Shown piece by piece: positions 47,101 through 57,300 of a DNA stretch of 64,000 nucleotides; the first letter of the stretch is position 1, and each line of letters begins with the position of its first letter. A model generated the notes under the pieces. It made no database searches. It saw nothing but the letters and a program-made list of their open reading frames with translations, and was not told where the DNA came from. This DNA comes from Malacoraja senta (lineage: Eukaryota). The stretch lies in assembly GCA_038087875.1 (NCBI GenBank), contig CM075993.1:248001-312000 (forward strand), read 5' to 3'. The translations under genes and the position numbers were made by a program.

Positions 47101-49598
47101 GTCGCTGCAGTTCACAGACAAGGACATGACCCTCTTCAACAACCCCCTCTATATCGGCAAGAGTGTGAGCTGTGTGCAGAATGGGACAATCAAATCCTTC
47201 AAAAGACCAAAGGTAAGAGAGCCTGAAAGTCCTGTAGCGGTTTGTCGCCTAGAACCTCCTGGTGAGATTGTTCCTCCATGCACCCACCTCTTCCCTGGCA
47301 AGGATAGACTTTGTCCAACGTTGCCTACTTGAGTTGTCTTTGATCAGCTGGTAAAACCGAACCAGATATTTGCATCATCAGTGTCATATTTGACCCCATG
47401 TGTTGCTATGGTGCAGGGACACAGAGGGACGATTATTTTGTACACGGTTATTGTATCTGCCTCCACCACCCTAGGCAATGTGTTCTAGACTTCCATCACT
47501 CTGTGTTCGAGACCCCCGTCATTCTCTGTGTGAAAAAAACTAGCCGTGCATATCTCCATTAAACTTTCACCCTCTTGCCTTAAATGTGCTCTAATATTCA
47601 ACCTGTACTGTAGAATCCTGAACCGTGCCTGCCAGATCCATCTCATGTTGTCTCGTTGCCCTCCTAATTGCCCTTGTGTGAACTCATACATAGAAACATA
47701 GACAATAGGTACAGGAGTAGGCCCTTCGAGCCAGCACCGCCATTCAATATGATCATGGCTGATCATCCAGAATCAGTACCCTTCCTGCTTTATCCCTTGA
47801 TACCGTTAGCCCAAAGAGCTAAATCTCTCGAATATATCCAGTGAATTGAGTACATTTCCTGTACTCGTCAACAGATATGCCTGATCCCAAACCGCCTAAA
47901 TCTGACCTTTGCCCTCCTTTCATCTGACCAGAGCCTTCATATCTCTCACCAACCATGACCCTAAACCTGCCAGCCTTACCCTTCACTCTAACAGGACCAT
48001 GAACAGGAACAAAGGCAAGATTTAATAGGTACCTTACGGCATCTTTTTCATTCAAAGGACAGTGGGTGTATGGAATGGGCTGCCAGAGGAGGTAGTTGAG
48101 GCATTTTAACAATAACAACATTTTAAAGACATTTAGACAGATATATTGATAGGAAAGGTTTAGAGGGATTTGGGCAAAATGCAGGCAAATGGGACTAGTG
48201 TAGATGGGGCATCTTGGTCGGCATGGACAAGTTGGGCTGAAGGGCCTGTTTCCGTGCTATGTGCCTTTGATGACCCTGAACCTTTGCTATTGCACTTTTA
48301 ACAGCCTTGCGTTTTACCTAGTCTTAACAAAATGACCTGTGCAAATTCCTGCCTTATGGGCCAGTCCTATCCTTCCCCAAAGCTAGTTTTAGTTTTAAAA
48401 CTAATCGGACTCTGATGCCAAAATGCTCCCCCGTTGCCACTCCAGTCAGTGCTCCGCCCCGTTCCCTAAGAGAAGGTTCAGTGTTGTGCCATCTCGAGTC
48501 TGGTCCTCTCTGAGTTTAAGGACACATTTAACAAACTCCACTCCGTTGCCTTCTGGGTGACCCAGTCAATGTTTGTTGCTTGAACGTGGCCACTCTGGGA
48601 ACCTGGGTCCATTGTCAATGACATTCCTGATGAAGACTGAGGCACAAGGAACTGCAGATGCTGGAATCTTTAGCAAAACACAAAGTGCTGGAGGATCTCA
48701 GTGGGTCGGGCAGCATTTGTGGAGGGAATGGACAAATTACATTTCCCGTCGGGTCTCTTCTTCAGACTGAAGCTGAAGACAGAGGCAGGGTGGTTACTGG
48801 GGAGGAGCACAGGTGAGGTGGCAACAAGGTGGCCGCACACACCTGGGCTGAGAAGCCGGCAGGTTTCTGGACCAGTGGCTGTTTCTGGGCCAAGTGGTGA
48901 GGGGTGAAGGCTGGACATTGTCAGGACGGCTGTAAGTGCGGTGGGCTTTGTGTTACCATGGTGCAGGGACACAGAGTGACGATTACTTTGTGCTTAATTC
49001 CTCTCAGAAGAACTTCTCGTCCTGCATCTGCTCCGTATACACGGTGAAGAACGGGCGGCTCAGCAATCAGCCGGACTTCTTCACGCGTAAGAACTCGACG
49101 ACACAAAGACCAAGCCATGACCTGGAGCTGAACGAGAGCCTGGATCAGTACGTGGAGCGCTGCTTCAGAGACTGGTTCTCAAAGCCCCTGGACCTGCATG
49201 GACTGATCTTGCCGTACATGGGTTCCCCCCACACCCGGCTCTGGAGACAGTGCTACCTGCGTTGGATCCCTGAGGCTCAGATCACCAACGGAGGTTTCAT
49301 CAGTGCCTTCCACCAGATCTCGCTGCTGGCTGACAACATCGAGACCCTGCAGAGCCGTCTCCGCCAATACCACCACCCTCTGCTCACTGGCTCCCCACAC
49401 GTCAACAAGCCCAGGATGTACTTCCGGAACGAGGACTTTGATGAAGCAGGAATGCCCGATTGTTTCTCCTCATCCTTTCCCTACTCACCCATCGGGAATC
49501 TCTGCCGACGGAGCATTCTGGGAACGCCACTCGGCAAATTCCTGCTGACCGCTGCCAGGATGTGGCCTTCCACAGAAACTCTGGCCAATGAAGACTGA
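28953..49598 (+). CDS. MTMR10: MTMR10, myotubularin-related protein 10 (inactive pseudophosphatase), complete CDS using copy-2 5' exons
   Basis: Exons join in frame (2310 nt with the mini-intron retained); motifs ETYADWDREIKRTG, EEEGRDLS in place of the catalytic HCSDGWDRT, GFQSLVQKEW, C-terminal STETLANED*. Confidence 0.95.
31206..31342 (+). CDS. MTMR10: MTMR10 exon 3, copy 2
   Basis: AG/GT bounded, 137 nt. Confidence 0.9.
32021..32093 (+). CDS. MTMR10: MTMR10 exon 4, copy 2
   Basis: AG/GT bounded, 73 nt. Confidence 0.9.
34403..34545 (+). CDS. MTMR10: MTMR10 exon 5, copy 2
   Basis: AG/GT bounded, 143 nt. Confidence 0.9.
35501..35591 (+). CDS. MTMR10: MTMR10 exon 6, copy 2
   Basis: AG/GT bounded, 91 nt. 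Confidence 0.9.
35776..36102. repeat. 66-bp tandem repeat, about 5 copies, derived from the dispersed short repeat family
   Basis: Unit gtgaaacgtcacctatccatgttctccagagatgctgcctgacccgctgagttactccagcactct; 22-aa periodicity in ORF 35630-36193. Confidence 0.9.
36442..36583 (+). CDS. MTMR10: MTMR10 exon 7 (DRVNGPDSGWQTPLFETYADWDREIKRTGASEWRVSSVNENY)
   Basis: AG/GT bounded; homology to MTMR10. Confidence 0.92.
36900..37880 (+). mobile_element. Degraded CR1-like LINE 3' fragment
   Basis: CR1-type segments (gactggagggtagctgatgttgtgcctcta; ggaaagagtgcaaagatttatgaggatgttgccaggact) and a tgactatgactct tail. Confidence 0.7.
37896..37983 (+). CDS. MTMR10: MTMR10 exon 8 (LPEYFVVPSSLADEDLK...RIP)
   Basis: AG/GT bounded; homology to MTMR10. 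Confidence 0.92.
38713..38801 (+). CDS. MTMR10: MTMR10 exon 9 (MWCWHHWTGCALVRMANIK...)
   Basis: AG/GT bounded; homology to MTMR10. Confidence 0.92.
39296..39607. repeat. 32-bp minisatellite, about 10 copies (ctggggtacagtccctgaaggtgtgagtctcc)
   Basis: Period 32 counted directly; related units at 50392-50472. Confidence 0.9.
39647..39777 (+). CDS. MTMR10: MTMR10 exon 10 (ILQAIAQSHPEKSGVFKSDLDKSLP...LKQLCIN)
   Basis: AG/GT bounded; homology to MTMR10. Confidence 0.92.
39796..40735. mobile_element. Non-autonomous hAT-type DNA transposon
   Basis: Exact 8-bp TSD attccaac at 39788-39795 and 40736-40743; TIR cagtggcggaaat / atttccgtcactg. Confidence 0.88.
41184..41253 (+). CDS. MTMR10: MTMR10 exon 11 (SFEETEEKWLSSLENTRWLEYV)
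   Basis: AG/GT bounded; near-identical to the human motif as I recall it. Confidence 0.93.
41300..42055. repeat. C-rich minisatellite (ctctcccccacaccc)n
   Basis: Visible tandem array. Confidence 0.9.
42120..42190 (+). CDS. MTMR10: MTMR10 exon 12 (LFLKHSAELTQWLYNKNISVILQ)
   Basis: AG/GT bounded; homology to MTMR10. Confidence 0.92.
42658..43032. repeat. GT-rich minisatellite (gtgtgaggtaggtgtg)n
   Basis: Visible tandem array. Confidence 0.9.
43103..43275 (+). CDS. MTMR10: MTMR10 exon 13 (EEEGRDLSCVVASVMQLMLDPHFRT...KEWVAAGHRFLDRCNH)
   Basis: Degenerate catalytic loop; AG/GT bounded. Confidence 0.94.
44312..44560. repeat. Minisatellite (gcagcggtcagatg variants)
   Basis: Visible tandem array within CR1-like sequence. 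Confidence 0.8.
44869..45075. mobile_element. hAT/Charlie-like MITE, about 207 bp
   Basis: TIR caaggggtcccaacc / ggttgggaacccctg; 8-bp TSD atgtggat / atgtagat (1 mismatch). Confidence 0.8.
45360..46032. repeat. 16/18-bp minisatellite (tgtgtctatgtacc[ac]ag)n abutting the exon 14 acceptor
   Basis: Visible tandem array. Confidence 0.92.
46033..46203 (+). CDS. MTMR10: MTMR10 exon 14 ([29 protein letters not shown]...)
   Basis: AG/GT bounded; myotubularin SID region. Confidence 0.93.
47033..47212 (+). CDS. MTMR10: MTMR10 exon 15 (DLASNG...VWNWSLQF...KSFKRPK)
   Basis: AG/GT bounded; homology to MTMR10. Confidence 0.92.
49008..49598 (+). CDS. MTMR10: MTMR10 last exon (3-PAP-like region, ...STETLANED*)
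   Basis: ctcag|AAG acceptor; ORF 48936-49598. Confidence 0.93.
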   Translation, partial: KNFSSCICSVYTVKNGRLSNQPDFFTRKNSTTQRPSHDLELNESLDQYVERCFRDWFSKPLDLHGLILPYMGSPHTRLWRQCYLRWIPEAQITNGGFISAFHQISLLADNIETLQSRLRQYHHPLLTGSPHVNKPRMYFRNEDFDEAGMPDCFSSSFPYSPIGNLCRRSILGTPLGKFLLTAARMWPSTETLANED

Positions 49599-52462
49599 GG
49601 TGATGATCCATCAACAGCCAGACCCTGACCTAAATGAGCAGACTGACGTGTAACGAGTGTGCATTAATAATCCTATTAGAAATTTGCACAGATATTTGTA
49701 AGAGGAAAAGGATGAAGGGGAAACCATTCTAAAGACCGACATCAGAGGCGGGGGCTTTGTAAACACATGGAGCGTGTCTTTCCTTGAAGCACAATTGCCG
49801 CCATGAGCTGCCAGGATTGCCTCCTTTAAGTCTGACCTCCCTGTAAGAGGCGTGGGTGATGGAGTGGGTCTGACCTCCGGGCCCCAGTGTGATGGGTCAG
49901 AGGTTTGCCTGCTGTATGGCAGCATGAAGTTCCTCAACAGCAGAAGCCTTGCACTGCTTATAATCTCATTGCGTGCCTAAATGCAGGGTGTTCTGCAGCA
50001 CTAAAACCCCCTCCTTCATTGCCAAGCCTGTCATAGAGTTTACATACATTCAAATAATTTAAAAAATAAGCTATTCCTGTATAAAGTATTTTTGTAGATT
50101 GTAAGAGGGACCATTTCTGATCAGGTTGAATGTGACTTGGCGACCCCACCTGGAGGTTGTCTCTAGTGGTCCTGAATGCCTAGAGACTGGGGTGATACAC
50201 AGTAGAGGAATGTACACCTCAGCACTACTGAAGCCAGACGTGCCTCCAGCAGCTCTCTGTAACTCATTATACAGCACAGTGCTTCTGGCAGATTAATATT
50301 AGTTAATGAGACCTGAAATGCACAACAGTGACCACCTCATATCAGAGCCGAAGCACATGGTCTATTGTTACCACTGTCCTACGCACTCTGACAGTACAGG
50401 CCCTGAGGATGGGACTCTACCTGGGGTACAGTCCCTGAGGGTGGGACTCTACGTGGGGTACAGTCCCTGAAGGGGCTGACTTCGCTCGCACCTAGGAAAT
50501 AATTTGAAACTTTACTTGAGCAACTTTAAGTGCCTACTCTTGTAATTCTAAAGTGTGACATGCGAAGACTCCATTTTAAACACACTCATGGCAACGTTAT
50601 GAGGTGTTTTTCTGTGTCGCGCTACCATTGCAATGTAACTCTGACCACTCACTTTTCTGTCTCAACTCTGGAGCTGGTCAAAGGTCAGAACTTGCACTGT
50701 CTGCCTAAACTAGTTTTTCTAAAGGCGTCTACTTTTTAAGTTAAGGCTGCCGGCTTCGGCAGGCCCCTGGCTGGGAATAGTCTGTCCAGTTTCAGGTTAT
50801 TTACACCAGAGTTTCCTCGGCGTTGCCTATGTGTTGCAGACAGGGCAGCTGGTCTGCACTCATTATCCTGAGTGAAGTCAGTACCATTTGACTGTCCGTA
50901 ATGTAAACCTAGACGTGAGTGGGAATGTTGTGGAGTTGGGGTGAGAGACTGAAGAAGGATGTGATAATCTGCATGTCTCCAGTGCACCATGAATCCTGAA
51001 CTCCACGCATTCACAGCCAGTCTACCATCTTGCTGAAAACGCACAAAATGCATTTACATCCATGCGTTGTGCCATCAATGCAGAAACGCTGGATGTGAAA
51101 AGCTGCTTAGACATAGAGAAAGGAAAGCAACTAATAGGGGAATCTGCTTATTAAATGCAGAATTTGCAAAGCCGGGGGGAAGGGGGGAGGAGTTGACATG
51201 GCGCTTGCCTCTGGCAGCAATTACTCAGCATTAACCAGGCTTTACTCAAAAATGCCACCGATCAGCTCCTACCTGAGTTTGCACTTTATCTTTACTAATC
51301 GGGATCATTTTACTGCCTTTAACTCTTGAATAAGCAAGGACAATGTTGGGCTAAGTGTTCATGCCCTGGTGATGGCGTGCTCCCACCGTGGCTGTGCCGT
51401 CTAGTGCACTCATGCCTGGTGTGTTTGCTCTGGGATTCCACTGCAAGATTCTCTCATTATAATCACAACTTCCCTCTCTCCAGTACCATTTAAGTAGGTT
51501 CTGAAAACTGGTTTGGGTCAATTGGCAGCTGGAGAGAAGGTGCTGAACTGGGGCTGTCTGTATCTGTAACAGCAGCAAAGTCACCAGAACTGGTGCAGAA
51601 CTCTGGTCAGTCTCTGGAGGAGACTGGTTTTCTTAGTTATGGATATAGTTTGAGATTTTCCACCACACTATCGTTAGCTCACACCGAGCGTTCTGTCTGC
51701 AGTTTTTGCCAATCTTGTGTCGTGTTCTCTACCAAGGATTTACTTGCAGGTGGTTGACTCATTATTTATGTTGCACGTGAGCATTTGTTATTTAAGGTAT
51801 ATGAAGTGATTGTTTCCCCGCCCTGTAGTACCTGCCTAAGCTTAAAATCTCCAAACATTTACCCAGGAAAGATCAGCCTGACCAAGAGGATTGGCTCCAA
51901 CACCACAGCACGAACAAGACCAGTATGAACCTTTGAACGGGGAATTTTTATAAAGTAACTGCAATGGCTCACAATCAGTATGTGGTGAAACCCACTTTCT
52001 TTGAGCCATCATTGCAACTTTTCAAATCCGAGATCGAGTTGTGTAGATACAAGGGAACTATCCATAAATACTGGGACTGCTGCAGAAGCTGAAATGCAAG
52101 GAGCCCTTGTCTGGACAGTGTCTGACCCTGGTCTAGAGTGTCTGACCCTGGGCTGGACAGTGTCTAGACAGCTGTATGACAGATCAATTTAAACCCTTCT
52201 ACCGTTTAGATCTGTTATCTTCAGATTTCCTCCAGCGAACCAGTACATGAAATATTCCTGGTGGATTTTGTCACTTTGTACCTTTTGTTAGTATGATTAT
52301 TTCCGTGTTTTGCTATTTATTCAACACCTGCTTTTATTTAATGTCATGTTTTGAAGGTGATTCTGGGAGTGGATGAGGAAGAGGTGGGTTCACCTTGCCT
52401 GTGTTGCCTTGTATGTATCTAGGTTCCATTGCGTTTATCAATTCATCCAGAGTGCCTTAAGC

Positions 52463-52468
52463 AATAAA
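52463..52468 (+). terminator. Candidate MTMR10 polyadenylation signal
   Basis: AATAAA after an AU-rich stretch, about 2.9 kb past the stop. Confidence 0.5.
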
Positions 52469-53595
52469 TATATTGGCAAGTATTTCTTACTGGAGTCCGT
52501 TTACTTATTGAGCCTCTTATAGGATAACATACATCACAAACTTGTGGGAGCTGATGGTTTTGTGTTTAATTTCTCCGTTACGTCTATTTCACGTGAGGAG
52601 GGGGAGCCCAGGTAGGTGGGTGATTGTGGACTTGGGGACAGATAAAGCTGCTACATGACCCTCGGCTACCTGGCTGAAGGGCTGTCTGGTCTGGCTGTGG
52701 GCAGTTGGTGTTCAAGTCTGTCTGACCCGCTGAGTTACTCCAGCTTCTTGTCTTTACGGTTTAAACCAGCATCTGTAGTTCCTTCCAACGTGTTCAGGTA
52801 AGTCAGTGTGTTGACGTGCCAGATGTGGGCTGTTGTGACAGATGTGGGCACATCTGCCATTCCAGTCTGTCATGGGATTTCCAGTGGAGTCAACAGTTCA
52901 TGTCTATTGCACTAGGATTTCCCACCAATATACACTCATTTGTTTGGAGATTACTTGCCAAGAGAGAGGAGCAAAAAGGTAAGATTTTAATATTGTATTG
53001 ATGTTAGTGGTTTAATAGTTTGGTTTCTCAAAGCCATTTTTAAAGCATTATATATATATATATATATATATAACGGAAAGTGTAATCTTGTCATGTGTAT
53101 ATATGTATGTATGTTCCTGAAATACAGCCAAAACGGTACACGATAGCGCAACAATTTTAGGAGCTCCTCACTCACCATTTGCCTGGGCTGTGCAGTAGCA
53201 AGTTTCGTTCGATTTTACAAAGTAATTCCCTTTATAAACTTTAATTTATTATGACCTAGAGCAATTCACCCTTCCTGTTCAGACACCAGAGAGGCAGCGT
53301 CCCAACCTGGAGTCTCTCGTCTGACCCACCCCCACATTCATGACAGAATCTCTTCCCCTCTGGGCAGTTGCTGCCATCTCCCCATTGTATACTCGTTAGC
53401 GAAGGAAACCTCACTCTGACTGCCGCCTCTCCACCTCCCTCAGCCTCTTCTAATGGTTTTTTTGAATGCTACAAAATCAGCACTTGCAGTTTGATCGATT
53501 TGGACCTTTCTAAAAGAGACGGGTTCAGGGTTGATCATCAGAACAAGTCATTGTCCAGTTTTGCCAGGAGCAGGAACTAACATCAAGGGGCAGCA

Positions 53596-53788
53596 TGTTG
53601 TTAAAGAAGGAACTGCAGATGCTGGAAAATCGAAGGTACACAAAAATGCTGGAGAAACTCAGCGGGTGCAGCAGCATCTATGGAGCGAAGGAAATAGGTA
53701 ACGTTTCGGCCCGAAACGTTACCTATTTCCTTCGCTCCATAGATGCTGCTGCACCCGCTGAGTTTCTCCAGCATTTTTGTGTACCTTC
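53596..53788. mobile_element. Short retro-insertion forming a perfect 157-bp palindrome, flanked by an 11-13 bp TSD
   Basis: Arms 53632-53709 and 53711-53788 are exact reverse complements; (tc)aaggggcagca at 53583-53595 and 53787-53799. Confidence 0.85.
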
Positions 53789-53914
53789 AAGGGGCAGCAG
53801 GTGGTCAGAGCCTGGCAAGGGAGGGTGAAGCTGTGCTGCAGAGTTGGTGTAAGAGCAATGTGACAAAGCAAAGGAATTAAAGATGTCAGCTGTATAAAGC
53901 CTTTGGTGTTCATT

Positions 53915-53920
53915 TTTATT
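53915..53920 (-). terminator. Candidate FAN1 polyadenylation signal
   Basis: AATAAA on the minus strand about 300 nt after the FAN1 stop. Confidence 0.55.
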
Positions 53921-54227
53921 TAGTGTTTAAATGCGTACTTCAGTGCGTACTACATGCGTCTCCATGACCACACTGTGCCACAGGACTGACTTGGTAACCG
54001 TGACATTCTACACCAATCTGTCACCTTGCAGCCGTGAGGATGTTTCTGATCTCCTCACATGAGCACGTTCCACAGCGGACCTCGTCTAGCCAGACCTCAC
54101 TGTACGACTCAGTACTTGTCTCCGTGTCAGCTCTAGAGGATTTGTCCAATATTGTTCAGATGATTGATTGCAAGTTGGAGCTGGTGGAGGGAGGGCGAGG
54201 CCAGGAGTTTGCAGACCTGCACTGGCT

Positions 54228-54365
54228 TCAGCTGAGCTGCAGGCTGCGTGCTCCCACCACACTCACGTGGCAAACCTCGACGGCGGCCCCCAGTTTCCGC
54301 AGCCGATGCAGCCAGACCCTCTGCTTGTGCGACAACTGGTCACTCGGGCCTTTCACTTCCACCAA
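54228..54365 (-). CDS. FAN1: FAN1 last coding exon ([19 protein letters not shown]...VEVCHV...LS*)
   Basis: 138 nt ending in TGA; translated by hand. Confidence 0.93.
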   Translation of the reverse strand: MVEVKGPSDQLSHKQRVWLHRLRKLGAAVEVCHVSVVGARSLQLS

Positions 54366-57300
54366 CTGGGGGAGACAAGAGAAAATAAACATTTGGGTTA
54401 GAAGCATTTTGGAGGCAGGAAGTCATTCCAGACTGCCATTCATGTCACGGTGCCTTACTGAGAAGTGCTGTAAACTGGAGATTCCAGGCTCACCCCCCCT
54501 CTCACCTTGTACTGCAGCCTCTCGCTGCTCCACACCACTAGGTCGGGTAGACCTCCACGGCCCTGCCTTGGGTCCTCCGCCAGGATCCTACACACGCCAC
54601 TCAGGAACAGACCACCCAGGCAGCTCACCAGGCTCTGAAACATCCCACAAATATGTCACAGCACAAATAAACGGAGTGAGCCCACAATCTGTCCCTGCAT
54701 CTGCATCAGGACAGGGTGCAATGGTGGGCAAGCTTAACCCTCACCAATGGGACAATGTAGTCAAACGCAGCTCCCTGCCGCAATCACTACTTGCCACAGT
54801 CGGTCACCATCAAAGATACTAGCACCATCCTGTCCGTGCTGGCTTTGCCACTGACATTCACGAAGACAGGCTTTCTCTGCCAGTCTGACCTGCAATCAGA
54901 CTGGTTCATCCACTCCACACTGCCATCCAGTGGGCAATGTTGGAACTGTAGCTTCATTGTTCAGTCTGCAATAAGAACAGGTTCCTCCACTCGCCATCTT
55001 TAACCTGTTGGGAGAACAACCCATTCCTCCCGTCTCACCTTAGAGCTGAAATCCCCTGAACCATTACTGGGAAATCTTCACCCACCTTCATATCCCACGG
55101 GTAAGTGACAAGACATGGAGATTGAGCTGTCACCCACTTTGTGTTCCATGCCTGTTTGGGAACAGCAGACTCCCCTCTGCTTCACCCACCACCCCAGTCC
55201 TGCACACTTCATCACTCTACCACTGCGCTTCACTCTTTCTGTCTATCGCTTCCTCACTGCCACATGTTCAAGCTTGTATTAATCAGATTTGTAAACTTTA
55301 TCTTGGGCACTGGCTGGACATCACCACGGTCTGGGTCACTGCTCTCTCCCCTTAAACCAACTTCCTATCCATGCTCCCACTAGTCTTTCCATTTGACATC
55401 ACGCAATCCATTTTGTTAACAGCATCTTCTCTAATGCCTCAATTAGAATTTGTTATTAAACATGATTTCCCTCCAATAAAAGTCCAATAAATAGTGCTCA
55501 GATTCTCGACAGCCCGTTTCCCAGCTGATGTGACTATAATCGATACAGTACGTGTGTGAGGAATCTACTGTACAACCTACACTATGATTCTGGCTCTAGA
55601 ACAATAAGACAAGGAAGTGGAGGGTGGATGTAAACAGTGTGGTTCTGGCTGGGATTAGAAGCCACCTACCTGGGCCTGCTGAATGGAACGGAAGATCTCC
55701 CAGTTCACCAAAGCAGTCGCTGTGTCTTTGTGAGTGTTCCACACGTCAGCCATGAGTGCGTGGAGAGTGTCTGTGGAAGCTTCTTGCAGGAGCCGAAGCC
55801 TCGATTCAATGGGCTCTGTCCGGTTCCGGTAGAAGCAGTCTGTGTACAGATCCAAAGGACAGGTCTGGGGCACAAACACAGATACAAGTCAACTAGACAA
55901 GCTCAGCTGGACCCGGCCCTGCGGTCCCCACCCACGGTAGAACCATTGGCTAAATCTCTGCACACAGCAGGGAAGTTGAGGAACCAAGACCCACTTTCCT
56001 GTTACTCTGGCTGCTGAATAATGAGAGAAACAAGGGACTGCAGATGCTGGTTTACACAGATACAGAGTGCTGGAGTAACTCAGCAGATCAGGCAGCATCT
56101 CTGGAGAACATGTCTGAAGAAGGGTCCCAACCTGAAACATCACCTATCCATGTTCTCCAGAGATATTGCCTGACCCGCTATGTTACTCTCGCACTTTGTA
56201 TCCGCTCATTCGAGAGTTTGGTGAAGCCTGTTCCCTAAACCTGGAATTTTAAGTACTTATCCAATTTGCTTTCAAAAGTGATATAAACACTGAATCCTGA
56301 AGAAACATTTGGATCTACTTTAGTTTGCACTGGACCACATCACTGAGGATGCACAGGTCCTGCTAACAGAGTGTCTGTTACACCCGTGTGTTACGCCATG
56401 GTGTCGCTCAGAACAGCCCGTACCTGAAACGGATTCCGGAAAACATCCGGTATTCCCGGCAGGAAGATGATCTCCCAGAAGAGAAGTCCGAATAGTGTTA
56501 GGAATGTGGCCCCTTCCCCATGGATCCCTGTATAGAGAGAGTGACAGATTACTGCAGACTGCTGACATTTCCCCAACTATACCAGCAGCATTGTTGCGGC
56601 CATTACCTTGATCAAAGCCCAGCTGCCGGTAGTGAGCCAGGGACAGCACCTCCACTGAACAGATCACTGCAGAGCCAGGCTCCTCCTCCAGCAGGAACCG
56701 GGCAGTGCCCATTCCCGGGCAGGCTCTGCCCTTTATCGTCACCTGCAAAGAACAAAGGTGAAATTCAGAACAGCCTCAGACTCTCTGCCAAATGGCCAGT
56801 GGCGACTGCTGGCAGTGCAACACCGGGAGGGAGAGTGGCTACAATCTGGAGCAGGCCAGAGGCCAAGTCTAGGCACCTGAACAGTGCGTTTCCTCCTAAA
56901 CCAGGTAGTTGCACCTGAACTAGGCACAGTCTCACCTAAGAGGGGAGAGCACTGAGGGATGGAGTTATACAGCAAAGCAACAGAGCGTCCCACCTGCCTG
57001 TGGTTGGCCTGTGTCCTTCTGAACCTGCCCTATCCATGTACCTGTCCTATCCATGTACTTGTCCTATCCATGTACCTGTCCAAACATCTGTGAACACTTA
57101 TCTGCCTCTACCACTTCCTCTGGCACTCGTTCCATTTACCCACCACCCTCTTGTGAAAAAAGTTGCCCCTTAGATGCCTTTAAATCTTTCCCCTCTCACC
57201 TTAAACCTATGCCCTCTAGTTTTATACTTCCCTACCCCGGGGAAAAGACTGAGTATCTCTGACTCTCATGTTATTAACCTGAATAAGGTCACCTTTGCTT

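Noticed and set aside
54034-54822. 262-aa plus-strand ORF
   Set aside because: Antisense shadow of FAN1 exons with no recognisable homology.
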